The notes: generated from the sequence alone by a model not told the origin. Shown: positions 40,413-49,726, numbered from the stretch's first letter. The stretch is 64,000 nucleotides of DNA from Aulosira sp. ZfuVER01 (GCA_034530615.2 JAVRCV020000052.1:192001-256000), one strand, 5' to 3'. Program-made: numbers and translations.

Positions 40413-41318
40413 TTAACCTGAAGCCGAAGATTCCGTCTGCAAATCGACAATTAACTGAGCCAACTGATCGCTGCTTGCTTGGTAAACTCGGCCGCAAAAG
40501 TCGCAAGTTGCTTCCGCGCCATCATCTTTAACGATCATATCTTGTAGTTCGGCTTCTCCCAAAATTTTTAACGCTCCCAACATCCGGTCGAAAGAGCAGC
40601 CACAGTGGAAGCGCAAAATTTGGCTTTCGGGAAAGATTGCCAGCCCCATATCTCCCAGCAAATCTGTAAAGATTTCTGGCAAAGTCTTACCTGCTTGCAA
40701 TAACGGCGTAAATCCGGATAAGGCAGCTACCCGTGATTCCAAAGTTGCAACTAAAGCTTCATCTCTGGCTGCTTTGGGTAACACCTGCACCAACAAGCCA
40801 CCAGAAGCAGTTACCCCGTTTGCTCCCACAAATACGCCTAAAACCATAGCCGAGGGTGTTTGTTCGGAACTCACCAAATAATGAGCTACATCATCACCAA
40901 TTTCACCAGAAATAAGTTCTACAGTACTAGAGTAAGGATAGCCATAACCGATATCCCGCACAACGTAGAGGAAGCCTTTACCAACTGCACCACCAACATC
41001 TAGCTTACCTTTACCATTAGGTGGTAATTCCACAAATGGGTTGCCAACATAGCCACGTACCGTGCCGTCTAACCCAGCATCTACCAAAATGCCACTTAAA
41101 GGGCCGTCACCCTTCACCCGGACGTTTACCCGAGAACCAGTTCGCTTCATACTAGAAGCCATCAACAAGCCTGCTGCCATAGTCCGACCCAGTGCTGCTG
41201 TTGCCACATAGGATAGCTGGTGACGCTGTCTTGCTTCCTCTGTGAGGCGTGTAGTGATAACACCTACTGCTCGAATTCCACCTTCGGCTGCCGTGGCGCG
41301 AATTAATTGATCCGCCAT
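40413..41318 (-). CDS. hslO: Hsp33 redox-regulated chaperone
   Basis: MADQLIRATAA start; SEQTPS; C-x-C (HCGCS) and CxxC (CDFC) zinc motif. Confidence 0.96.
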   Translation of the reverse strand: MADQLIRATAAEGGIRAVGVITTRLTEEARQRHQLSYVATAALGRTMAAGLLMASSMKRTGSRVNVRVKGDGPLSGILVDAGLDGTVRGYVGNPFVELPPNGKGKLDVGGAVGKGFLYVVRDIGYGYPYSSTVELISGEIGDDVAHYLVSSEQTPSAMVLGVFVGANGVTASGGLLVQVLPKAARDEALVATLESRVAALSGFTPLLQAGKTLPEIFTDLLGDMGLAIFPESQILRFHCGCSFDRMLGALKILGEAELQDMIVKDDGAEATCDFCGRVYQASSDQLAQLIVDLQTESSASG

Positions 41319-41594
41319 GAAAAACCTTACCAATAGTATCTTTTGTTAAACGCCTATGCCTTAAAGCAGGGGCGTGAAAGTACTATTTAGTATAACTTAG
41401 TATAACTACACTTAACTTAAACATATCATTTGATACTAACTTGGAAAAAAGTATTGTTTCTCATTTTTGTTAAACTAAATATTTTCTGGGAAAATATGTT
41501 TTTCTCGTTCAACAAGATAAGTTACGTGTAATGCTGAGTGCCTGCGGACTACTCCAAATTGTATTGCGTGTATTTTATTGATTAGAGCATCAAT

Positions 41595-42026
41595 TTAAAA
41601 TTGGGTATTGTCCTTTCGACTAGGTTCTAGCTGCCACTGTTTGAGGATAAGTATTGACCAGAAAATAAATCCTAATATTGCTAAACTAGTTAACGCATCA
41701 GTCCAGATAAAGAGATGCATCTTCGCTGAGAACTGTGACAGATTTCCATAAAAGTAATGTCCTGGGCTTACTAGACCTGTGAATGAGTAGACCAATAGAC
41801 ATGCATAAGCCAGCCAAAACCTTCGATATTTATACAACCAATACCCAGTAATTCCTATGGCTGTCAGAATAAGCCATGATTGATAAATTGAAGAGGCTGT
41901 AATCCAGACTGGTTGAGGATACCGCTCGATGAACAAATAATTATCAGTGAAGTGAATAGCTGTAGAAATAATGCTGGTAATTAGCAGCATTTTCAACAAC
42001 CTCTGATATTTGACCTCAAGATTCAT
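41595..42026 (-). CDS. Hypothetical 4-TM membrane protein
   Basis: Four hydrophobic segments; HFTDNY and GHYFYG motifs; GAGG RBS upstream. Confidence 0.7.
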   Translation of the reverse strand: MNLEVKYQRLLKMLLITSIISTAIHFTDNYLFIERYPQPVWITASSIYQSWLILTAIGITGYWLYKYRRFWLAYACLLVYSFTGLVSPGHYFYGNLSQFSAKMHLFIWTDALTSLAILGFIFWSILILKQWQLEPSRKDNTQF

Positions 42027-42191
42027 TATCAGTTTTCCTCAAATTGAAATTCACGTACTGCACACCAACAACGTAAATTGCTATAAGTAAATTAAATTAT
42101 TTGGAGTCTACAATAAAAGCTGAAACAAATCTTTTCTACTGGATTTGCCATAAAATAACAACTTGTTCGGGTTGAGTACAATCCTTAAAAA

Positions 42192-42578
42192 ATGCTGGGT
42201 AATTTTCAACAAAGCCAACTGCGGATAGAAATCGAAGCGTCAGCAAGTGCAATTCATGACAGTCTGCTGCGTCCAGTGCAATTACAAAAATGGCTGTTAG
42301 GGCAACGCTTTGCTCCTGGAATGCCAGAAGAACTCTACTCCGGCTTCCAGTTTACTACCTGGACTGGACCCGTTGCGATTCATCATCAAGTAAATGTGGC
42401 TAAACCTAATTGCCTCCGCTTTTTACTGAGTGGTGGAATTGATGGGTTTCATGAATGGTATTGGGGAGAAGGTTGGGTGCAGTCCCGCTTGGAAGGAGTG
42501 TCAATGCTACCCCTAAACTTAGGACAAACTTTAAGTTTATTGAGTTTGCGCCAGTTTTTGACGACTCAAAGATCTTGA
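42192..42578 (+). CDS. Conserved hypothetical protein (SRPBCC/cyclase-like)
   Basis: 128 aa ORF; GIDGFHEWYWGEGWVQSRLEG. Confidence 0.7.
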   Translation: MLGNFQQSQLRIEIEASASAIHDSLLRPVQLQKWLLGQRFAPGMPEELYSGFQFTTWTGPVAIHHQVNVAKPNCLRFLLSGGIDGFHEWYWGEGWVQSRLEGVSMLPLNLGQTLSLLSLRQFLTTQRS

Positions 42579-42609
42579 ATTGTTTTTTCGCCTGTCTCTT
42601 GCATTTAGC

Positions 42610-43944
42610 TTACAAATTGGTTGTGAGCCTTGCTTTTCTCAAAACAAATGTCAGAACCGTCTCTTGTTTGGAAATTATGTCGGCGGTTACTTGCATACCA
42701 GGTTGAATGGCATAGGATTGATTGCCTTTGGTGAGATGAAGTCTATCTGGCTGGATAGTCACCTCATAGTAAGGTGAAACCCCGATATTACTGTTAGTTT
42801 GAGGTGTAATCGCATCGGCGGTAATGCCTCTGACAGCGCCATTGATAGTGCCATAATCCGGATAAGGATAGGCAGAGATTCTCATAATTACTTTGCCTTC
42901 TGAACATTCAGTGACTTGAGCAGCTTTGCATAAGCGAACCTTACTAATATCAGCAGCATCTACACGAGCTTTGACTAGCAAAGGAGCTTGACTAGGAGCA
43001 ATTTGAGCGATCGCTTGTCCTGGTTGTACAACCTGGCCAGGATTTCTGATGTCCAGTTTCAAGACGCTTCCGGCTTCTAAAGTCCGAATCACAGTTTTTT
43101 GTAAATCCCGATTAATTTGTGTAATTTCTTGCTCGTCTAGGTTAATTTTATTCTGAAGGGCTATTTGACCTTGGATCAAGCTTTCTCGTTCTTTATTCAA
43201 TGCGGCGAGGGTAGACTCACCCTTGGCTTTTTCTTGGGCTATCCGTTCTTGGGTCATCGTCACAGCAGCTATACTCGGATTGAGTCCAGTTTTAGCGCGT
43301 TGCAGTTTGGCGATCGCTGCTTTAAAAGCTTGTTCTTTTTCCTTAATTTGCAGTGTGGCGATCGCTCCCGTATTACCTAACTGTTTATACCGCTTCAGTT
43401 CTTCCTTGGCAAACTCTAAAGTAGCTTTTGCTTCTTCTACTTCTGATTGAGTGATATTTTGTCTATCTTGATATTCTCTTTGATTACGACTGAGATCTGC
43501 TTTTGTCGAAGCTATCTCCCTTTGGATGGAATTAGCCTCAGCAGTTATTTGAGTTTGTAGCGCCTTCAATTGCGCATTTATTTGCGAAATTTGTGATTGA
43601 TTCTGTCGAATATTGTCAATGAGTTGGCTTTTTTTAGTCAGGAGTTGAGAGTCATCAATGATTGCGATCGCTTCACCCTTGGCAAGCGTCTGATTTTCTT
43701 TTACTAAGATAGCTTTAACAATTCCTTGACCTGATGCCTCAATAATTCTCTGTTCTCCTGCGGGACGGACAGTCGCAGGCGATCGCACAGTAATCGGATA
43801 TTTGATAATCGCCGCTAACAAAACCGCCAAACCACAAGTTCCGATCAAAACAACTCCCCCCAATTTTGTCCAACGGCTAATCGCCGGAACAAGTTCGTCA
43901 ATTTGGATTTGACGCAGTAATTCTGGGTTATGTTCACTCAGCAT
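42610..43944 (-). CDS. HlyD-family membrane fusion protein (copy 1)
   Basis: N-terminal TM, GIVKAILVKENQ, long coiled coil, AYPYPDYG, IQPGMQVTADI. Confidence 0.93.
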   Translation of the reverse strand: MLSEHNPELLRQIQIDELVPAISRWTKLGGVVLIGTCGLAVLLAAIIKYPITVRSPATVRPAGEQRIIEASGQGIVKAILVKENQTLAKGEAIAIIDDSQLLTKKSQLIDNIRQNQSQISQINAQLKALQTQITAEANSIQREIASTKADLSRNQREYQDRQNITQSEVEEAKATLEFAKEELKRYKQLGNTGAIATLQIKEKEQAFKAAIAKLQRAKTGLNPSIAAVTMTQERIAQEKAKGESTLAALNKERESLIQGQIALQNKINLDEQEITQINRDLQKTVIRTLEAGSVLKLDIRNPGQVVQPGQAIAQIAPSQAPLLVKARVDAADISKVRLCKAAQVTECSEGKVIMRISAYPYPDYGTINGAVRGITADAITPQTNSNIGVSPYYEVTIQPDRLHLTKGNQSYAIQPGMQVTADIISKQETVLTFVLRKARLTTNL

Positions 43945-44188
43945 GAGTAGAAAACCAGCGCTAAATAAAAGTTAATAAAAATGTCGCTAGAGTCTGATTG
44001 ATATGAGGCTTGCTTTAGTCTTCATCTCTGCTAAATGTGTTGGCTTGAAAGCTACACATCAAATAACCGCCTCATAATCAAAATTTATCTATATTTTACT
44101 GTTTTTTTAATTTTTGCTTAATCTTCCTTTAATAAATGAATCTGATGTCAATACTCAATCTCTTCCATCAGCAATTTTACTGGATAAT

Positions 44189-44230
44189 TGTAGCCTGAGT
44201 TACAAAAAAAATTAATATAAAAAATACCAT
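44189..44230 (+). promoter_or_regulatory. Candidate NtcA-activated promoter upstream of the RiPP precursor
   Basis: TGTA-GCCTGAGT-TACA (44189-44204), then 21 nt after TAC a TAN3T -10 box TACCAT (44225-44230). Confidence 0.5.
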
Positions 44231-44698
44231 CTTAGTTTTTTCTAGAAATTGCTCATTTAATTTACAAAAATTTAAAAATATATCTACTCATAAAAATCAA
44301 TTTCTCTACGCTGAGTAGAATAGCAGAGGTCGTTATGGTTAAAAAAATTTATAATTCTCAGCCTGCGTATGAGATGTCATAACCTTTGATAAATCTCAAA
44401 CAAGGAGGTTGATAAAGTTGAGAAACTTCCTTTATCAAAAAGGCTTATCTCTCTAGATATTTATACTTATCTCTATCTAAAGGATGATTTTCGCTGGAAA
44501 AAATAGCATTTAGTATAAATTGCATGAGTTAGCGCAAATCAATCAATTCAAACATTAAGAGATCAGATGCATTTACCAAGTTAAATGCACAAATTTTGAA
44601 CAGGTTAATTGATTGATGCTGACTTATAAATTGCTCAATCAATTATCAGAGCAATTTCCATTCAAACCAAAATTTGAATTAGGAACGGAGGCTTTATA

Positions 44699-44878
44699 AT
44701 GGCTAACGCATCAGGTTATGAACTATTTTCAATTTCTGAAAATTTTTTAACAGAATTATCAGCAGAAGATGAGTCTATAATTACAGGTGGCGGTGGCTCC
44801 TGCTACGGTGGAAGTAAGAGCAAGAGCAAGAAGAGCAAGAGCAAGAAGAGCAAGAGCAAGAGCAAAAAGTACTGCTAA
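44699..44878 (+). CDS. RiPP precursor peptide, 59 aa: double-glycine leader plus Ser/Lys-repeat core (absent from the ORF track)
   Basis: GGAGG RBS at 44687-44691, 7 nt before ATG; MANASGYELFSISENFLTELSAEDESIITGG|GGSCYGGSKSKSKKSKSKKSKSKSKKYC*; ELS..E...ITGG leader; first gene of a kinase/HopA1/C39-ABC run. Confidence 0.9.
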   Translation: MANASGYELFSISENFLTELSAEDESIITGGGGSCYGGSKSKSKKSKSKKSKSKSKKYC

Positions 44879-44976
44879 TAAACTCTGTAAAGGGCAATTA
44901 ATAGGACTAGTAGTTATAGCCCATTAACACAGGTTTCATTCTTTAGCTAAGGCTTCAAACCTATTTTGTTATAAAG

Positions 44977-45023
44977 CTTGTTGTAAAAATTTGGAAACTA
45001 CCGCTCCATATTTTTACAACAAG
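44977..45023 (+). terminator. Long stem-loop between precursor and kinase genes (attenuator or mRNA stabiliser)
   Basis: Perfect 14-bp stem CTTGTTGTAAAAAT / ATTTTTACAACAAG with inner TGGA/TCCA pairing; T-rich sequence follows. Confidence 0.7.
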
Positions 45024-45106
45024 TTTCTTGCAAGAATTTTTGGTTAATTTTTTTGATTTTGCGAGCAGTGCAGTTATCAGATTTCTTTTCAAATTAAGTA
45101 TAGATA

Positions 45107-46246
45107 ATGACATTTTTATTAAGCGATAGCAATTTTTTAGAGCATCTAATTGAACATAATTTATGTGAGGTTAAAGAACTAAAGATTAGCCAAATTGAAT
45201 CGAAAAGTTGTAAAAACTTTAATTTATTAGTGGTTTTCTCCAATAATCACCATCTGCTGATTAAGCAAGAACGCCATAACAAAGAAGGTAAAACTCATGG
45301 TGAGTTCTTGCAAGAATGGCGCATTCATGAGTGGTTGCAAAATTTTCAAGAACTAAGTGAATTTCGCGCAATTATATCTGAGGCGCTGCATTTTGATCCC
45401 ATTCGCTCAATTATTATTTTTAATTACCTTAACGAATATTGTGACTTAGAAGATTTTTACGACAACGAACATATTTTTCCCCAAGAAATCGCAGCATCTT
45501 TGGGAACAAGTGTAGCCACAATTCATCGCAAAACTTGGAAATGTCAGAAATATAAAGAATTTTTAGCAAAAGACTCTCAAGATATTAGCAAACATCCTAA
45601 CTTTCTCCGTGGTTTAGAAAGAATTAAACCAGAAATTTTTGCTCATATTTCTCTTGAGAATCTAAAATTCTTTAAGCTCTATCAGCGCCATGATCGCCTG
45701 AGACAAGCGATCGCTCAACTACAAACTGCTTACCAAAGTTGTTGTTTAATCCACAATGACTTAAAGCTTAACAATATTTTATTGCATAACCAATGGAAGC
45801 AATCCCCAAATCAAGCCATAGTTCGCTTGATTGATTGGGAAAAATTTGCTTGGGGAGATCCAGCATTGGATCTAGGAACAATCATCGCTAGTTACTTAAA
45901 TATTTGGTTAGGGAGTTTAGTTATCAGTACAGATATTGATTTGCAAACAGCTTTGCGGTTAGCCGGTACTCCCCTAGATCAGATCCAACCTAGTATATTT
46001 TCTTTAATAAAAGCTTATTTAACTCACTTTCCCGAAATTTTGAAGTTACGTCCTAATTTTTTGCAATTGGTAATGCAATTTACTGGTCTGGCATTAGTTG
46101 AAAAAATACAAATAAAAATAGATTATCACGAAGCTTTTGGCAATATAGGTATCTGTATGCTTCAGGTTGCCAATACTTTATTGTGCCATCCAGATAAATC
46201 AATCCCGATTATTTTGGGACACAGCGCCTCTGAGCTAAATTTTTAA
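45107..46246 (+). CDS. APH/choline-kinase-fold phosphotransferase (LanK/TvaC-like peptide kinase)
   Basis: KNFNLLV, LLIKQE, catalytic loop IHNDLKLNNIL, LIDWE, GDPALDLG. Confidence 0.88.
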   Translation: MTFLLSDSNFLEHLIEHNLCEVKELKISQIESKSCKNFNLLVVFSNNHHLLIKQERHNKEGKTHGEFLQEWRIHEWLQNFQELSEFRAIISEALHFDPIRSIIIFNYLNEYCDLEDFYDNEHIFPQEIAASLGTSVATIHRKTWKCQKYKEFLAKDSQDISKHPNFLRGLERIKPEIFAHISLENLKFFKLYQRHDRLRQAIAQLQTAYQSCCLIHNDLKLNNILLHNQWKQSPNQAIVRLIDWEKFAWGDPALDLGTIIASYLNIWLGSLVISTDIDLQTALRLAGTPLDQIQPSIFSLIKAYLTHFPEILKLRPNFLQLVMQFTGLALVEKIQIKIDYHEAFGNIGICMLQVANTLLCHPDKSIPIILGHSASELNF

Positions 46247-46302
46247 CCCACTTAGTATAAAAAATACAACTTTTAATTAAAAAATCATATTAAATTACAA
46301 AA

Positions 46303-47391
46303 TTGATGATGCAATTGCGAGATTTACTACCTCATGAGATACCAAATGCTGCCTTAGAAGACATCGTTACCAAGGTTCAGATTCAATCTGACTTTACTAT
46401 TACCCATGCAGATTACCAACCTTTAAAACTTGCTGATGAAATCGTAGTATCTCTTCAAAACTTACCGATCGAAATCCAGAATAGGTATTTGAATCTGCAA
46501 TTGCGGAATTTTCTCTATGGCATTTATTACAATGGCCAATTAAAAGCTACCCTAGCAAACAATGTAAATCCAGATAGTTTATTAGAAATAAAAAAGCTAG
46601 AGAATAATCAAGCTGGCGCATTCAACCGAGAATTTTACGAAGACTTGCAGAAAAGTAACTGTGGTAAAGGCTACTTTGATCCAAGATGGCTTGTAGTGAA
46701 GCAAGAAAGCGATCATCTACTTGCTGTGCAAAAAGATGATTTGACATTGCATATTGAACCAGAACGCTATCTGCAATTAGCTGAACAATCGGCTAATGTT
46801 GGTGATGAAGTTGCTGTGCTGATGCCTCCTAACCTAATAGAACAGGCATATTATGTGGCAGTAAGTGATGCAGGTTTGGTGAATAAAACTCTTGCAGTAA
46901 ATATTAATTTTAATTTTATCTCTGAAGGTGCGATCGCATTGATGAAAAGTCTGACACAGCAACTTAACGAAATCAATATCCCTTTCACTTTTAAGGTTTT
47001 ATACGATCCTGATAATTACCAGCGTTGTGACTGTGGGGTGCTGCAATTTGAAAGTCACAACTACCACATAGTAAAGCAAATTCTTCAGACTGTGTATATA
47101 GCAAACAAATGCCTTTTTCGGGATTTAGTACCTCTGTTTACAAAGTTACTAGCGCCAGGGCTGAGTTTAGCAGAAGAACCAAATAATAAATTTACTGACC
47201 AAGAGAATTTTGGCATGAACCGCTGCCGAATATTGGCTAATGCCTTATTAGAAGCTTGGCAAGAAGGTGACAACTCCCAACAAGGAAAAATGCATTATGT
47301 AGATCGGCATTTCTCCCAACACTTAATTGATCTGCAACGCCCTTATCTTAATGCCAACTCTGAGGATATCTATCCGATGTTGGATTGTTGA
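46303..47391 (+). CDS. HopA1-family protein (LanY/TvaD-like phospho-lyase)
   Basis: LRNFLYGIYYNG, N.GKGYFDPRW, IPFTFKVLY.P..Y.R.D.GVL, VPLFTK.LAPGL.LAEEP, FGMNRC, RPYLN. Confidence 0.85.
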   Translation: MMMQLRDLLPHEIPNAALEDIVTKVQIQSDFTITHADYQPLKLADEIVVSLQNLPIEIQNRYLNLQLRNFLYGIYYNGQLKATLANNVNPDSLLEIKKLENNQAGAFNREFYEDLQKSNCGKGYFDPRWLVVKQESDHLLAVQKDDLTLHIEPERYLQLAEQSANVGDEVAVLMPPNLIEQAYYVAVSDAGLVNKTLAVNINFNFISEGAIALMKSLTQQLNEINIPFTFKVLYDPDNYQRCDCGVLQFESHNYHIVKQILQTVYIANKCLFRDLVPLFTKLLAPGLSLAEEPNNKFTDQENFGMNRCRILANALLEAWQEGDNSQQGKMHYVDRHFSQHLIDLQRPYLNANSEDIYPMLDC

Positions 47392-47480
47392 TTAGATGAT
47401 GACGATTAATTACCCTATTACCAGGGTGCGCGTTATAGCATGATTGTATTTGCTTGATCGGGGATATTTAGGATAGGGAT

Positions 47481-49634
47481 GTGTCTAATCTAAAATACCG
47501 AGTTATAAGACAATATAGCGAAGAAGATTGTGGGGCTGCTTGTATTGCTTCTATTGCCAAATATTACGGACGGAGTTTTGCTCTCAACCGCATCCGTGAA
47601 GCGGTAGGCACTGGGCAACTGGGAACTACTTTGTTAGGTCTGAGACGAGGAATAGAAGCTTTTGGCTTTAATGCACGTTCCGGCAAAGCATCATCCGATT
47701 TTCTCCACAAGCTGGAACAAATGCCCTTACCAGCAATCATCCACTGGAAGGGTAATCATTGGGTGATTTTGTACGGTCGGCGCGGTAAAAATTATATCAT
47801 TGGCGATCCTGCCATTGGTCTACGTTATCTCTCCAAACAGGAGTTAATTGAGGGTTGGACTAATTGGGTACTGCTACTCTTACAGCCAGATCCCAAGCGT
47901 TTTTTTGTCCAATCGGATGACAAAACTAACCACCTGGAGAAATTTCTTCGGTTAATCCTACCCTACCGAGGTGTGATTTTTGAAGCTGTACTTTGTGCCC
48001 AATTTATTGGTCTGCTTTCTTTAGCTTCACCTTTCTTTATTCAAATTCTCACGGATGATGTTTTAGTTAGAGGAGATTTTCAGCTGCTTTTTGGTATAGT
48101 GCTGGCAGTTACAGTGATGTATATTGTCAGAAGTGGGCTGAAACTAGTAGAAAATATTCTAATAGCTCATTTTGCGCAACGTTTAGAATTAACTTTAACC
48201 CTAGAATTTGGTCAACAAATTCTCCGCCTCCCACTTTCTTATTATGAGTCTCGTCGTAGTGGTGAAATTGTTAGCCGATTAAGAGATATTCAACAAATTA
48301 ATAAATTAATCGCCGATGCGATCGTGAGTTTTCCCAGTAAGTTTTTTATTGCCAGCGTTTCTTTTATCTTGATGTTATTTTATAGCTGGAAACTGACAAT
48401 CACAGGCTTAGCAATCGCTGGGGTGATGACTCTATCTACAGTAGTTTTTCTGCCCGCACTCCAGCAGAAAAATCGTAAACTCATGGTTTTAGAAGCCGAA
48501 AACCAAGGTGTGCTAGTAGAAACATTTAAGGGAGCATTAACGCTAAAAACTACTACAGCTGCTCCGGAATTTTGGGAAGAATTTCAGCGCCGATTTAGTC
48601 AATTAGCAAACCTGGAATTGAGTACTATAAAAATTGCGATTATTAATAAGCAATTTTCTAGGTTAGTTTCTGATATTGGTGGTGCTACCTTACTATATAT
48701 TGGTAGTAGCCTGGTGATTAGCAAAGAGTTAAGTATCGGTCAGTTGCTAGCATTCACTAGCCTCAATTATAATGTTGGGTCTTTAATTGATTTTTTTGTT
48801 GACTTTGCAGACGATTTTACTCGTGTCAGAACAGCGACATCAAGACTTCAGGAAGTCGTCAATTCTACACCAGAAACTCAAGGAGATGCTAACAAATCTT
48901 GGACAGAAATTCCTGATAATGCAGACATTGTTTGCAGCAACCTAAACTTTCACTATCCTGGCAGAGTTGAATTACTAGAGAACTTTTCTGTTACTCTTCC
49001 TGGTAGTAAAGTCATTGCTCTAATTGGCGCATCAGGTTGTGGTAAAAGTTCTCTGGCAAAAATCATTGCTGGGTTATATACAACTCAATCAGGAAATATC
49101 CGCTTTGGCATTTATAACCAGCAAGATTTGTCTTTAGACTGTCTGCGAAGACAGGTGGTGCTTGTTCCCCAAGAACCTCACTTTTGGAGTCGTTCAATTA
49201 TTGAAAATTTTCGCTTAGGTTCTCCCAACGTTTCCTTTAAAAAAATTGTCGAGGCTTGCCGAATTGCTGAGGCTGATGATTTTGTGAGCAAGCTACCCGA
49301 AAAATATCAAACCGTTTTAGGTGAATTTGGTGCTAACATTTCTGGCGGACAAAGACAAAGATTAGCCATAGCTAGAGCAATTGTCAACGATCCACCCATT
49401 CTGATTTTAGATGAATCAACTGCTGGACTCGATCCTGTGAGCGAAGCTAAAGTTTTACATAAACTATTCTCCTATCGTCAAGGTAAAACCACGATTCTCA
49501 TTAGCCACCGTCCCAGAGTAATTGAACGTGCTGATTGGATTGTGGTATTAGAGCAGGGTAGGTTGAAAATACAAGGTTCTTTAGAAAAATTGCGATCGCT
49601 ACCTGGTAAGCATTTAGATTTTTTAACTCCCTAA
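47481..49634 (+). CDS. Peptidase-containing ABC transporter (C39 + TMD + ATPase)
   Basis: QYSEEDCGAAC (catalytic Cys), HWKGNHW, IGDP; Walker A GASGCGKS, ISGGQRQR, ILDES. Confidence 0.95.
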   Translation: MSNLKYRVIRQYSEEDCGAACIASIAKYYGRSFALNRIREAVGTGQLGTTLLGLRRGIEAFGFNARSGKASSDFLHKLEQMPLPAIIHWKGNHWVILYGRRGKNYIIGDPAIGLRYLSKQELIEGWTNWVLLLLQPDPKRFFVQSDDKTNHLEKFLRLILPYRGVIFEAVLCAQFIGLLSLASPFFIQILTDDVLVRGDFQLLFGIVLAVTVMYIVRSGLKLVENILIAHFAQRLELTLTLEFGQQILRLPLSYYESRRSGEIVSRLRDIQQINKLIADAIVSFPSKFFIASVSFILMLFYSWKLTITGLAIAGVMTLSTVVFLPALQQKNRKLMVLEAENQGVLVETFKGALTLKTTTAAPEFWEEFQRRFSQLANLELSTIKIAIINKQFSRLVSDIGGATLLYIGSSLVISKELSIGQLLAFTSLNYNVGSLIDFFVDFADDFTRVRTATSRLQEVVNSTPETQGDANKSWTEIPDNADIVCSNLNFHYPGRVELLENFSVTLPGSKVIALIGASGCGKSSLAKIIAGLYTTQSGNIRFGIYNQQDLSLDCLRRQVVLVPQEPHFWSRSIIENFRLGSPNVSFKKIVEACRIAEADDFVSKLPEKYQTVLGEFGANISGGQRQRLAIARAIVNDPPILILDESTAGLDPVSEAKVLHKLFSYRQGKTTILISHRPRVIERADWIVVLEQGRLKIQGSLEKLRSLPGKHLDFLTP

Positions 49635-49726
49635 TCACCTCTCATCTTCAGTATTTAATACTAGCTTTTGGATAATCCGACGCAAGCGACTGCGATTCAA
49701 AAACTTCAATACAATGTGGCAATAGC

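Noticed and set aside
41595..42026. 4-TM protein as immunity gene of the RiPP cluster
   Set aside because: It lies outside the hlyD brackets, separated by a conserved gene; only proximity supports the idea.
44403..44456. Second precursor after the AGGAGG at 44403
   Set aside because: Only a 12-codon TTG-start ORF (LRNFLYQKGLSL) with no leader motif.
44813..44869. AAGAGC tract as a non-coding microsatellite
   Set aside because: It is in frame in an ORF with a GGAGG RBS and a double-glycine leader, directly upstream of peptide-modifying and export genes.
44699..49634. Calling the cluster a standard class V lanthipeptide or thioamitide BGC, or the HopA1 protein a type III effector
   Set aside because: No LanC, Cys decarboxylase, F420 reductase or YcaO/TfuA in the cluster and no T3SS genes in the window; context points to peptide maturation of another type.
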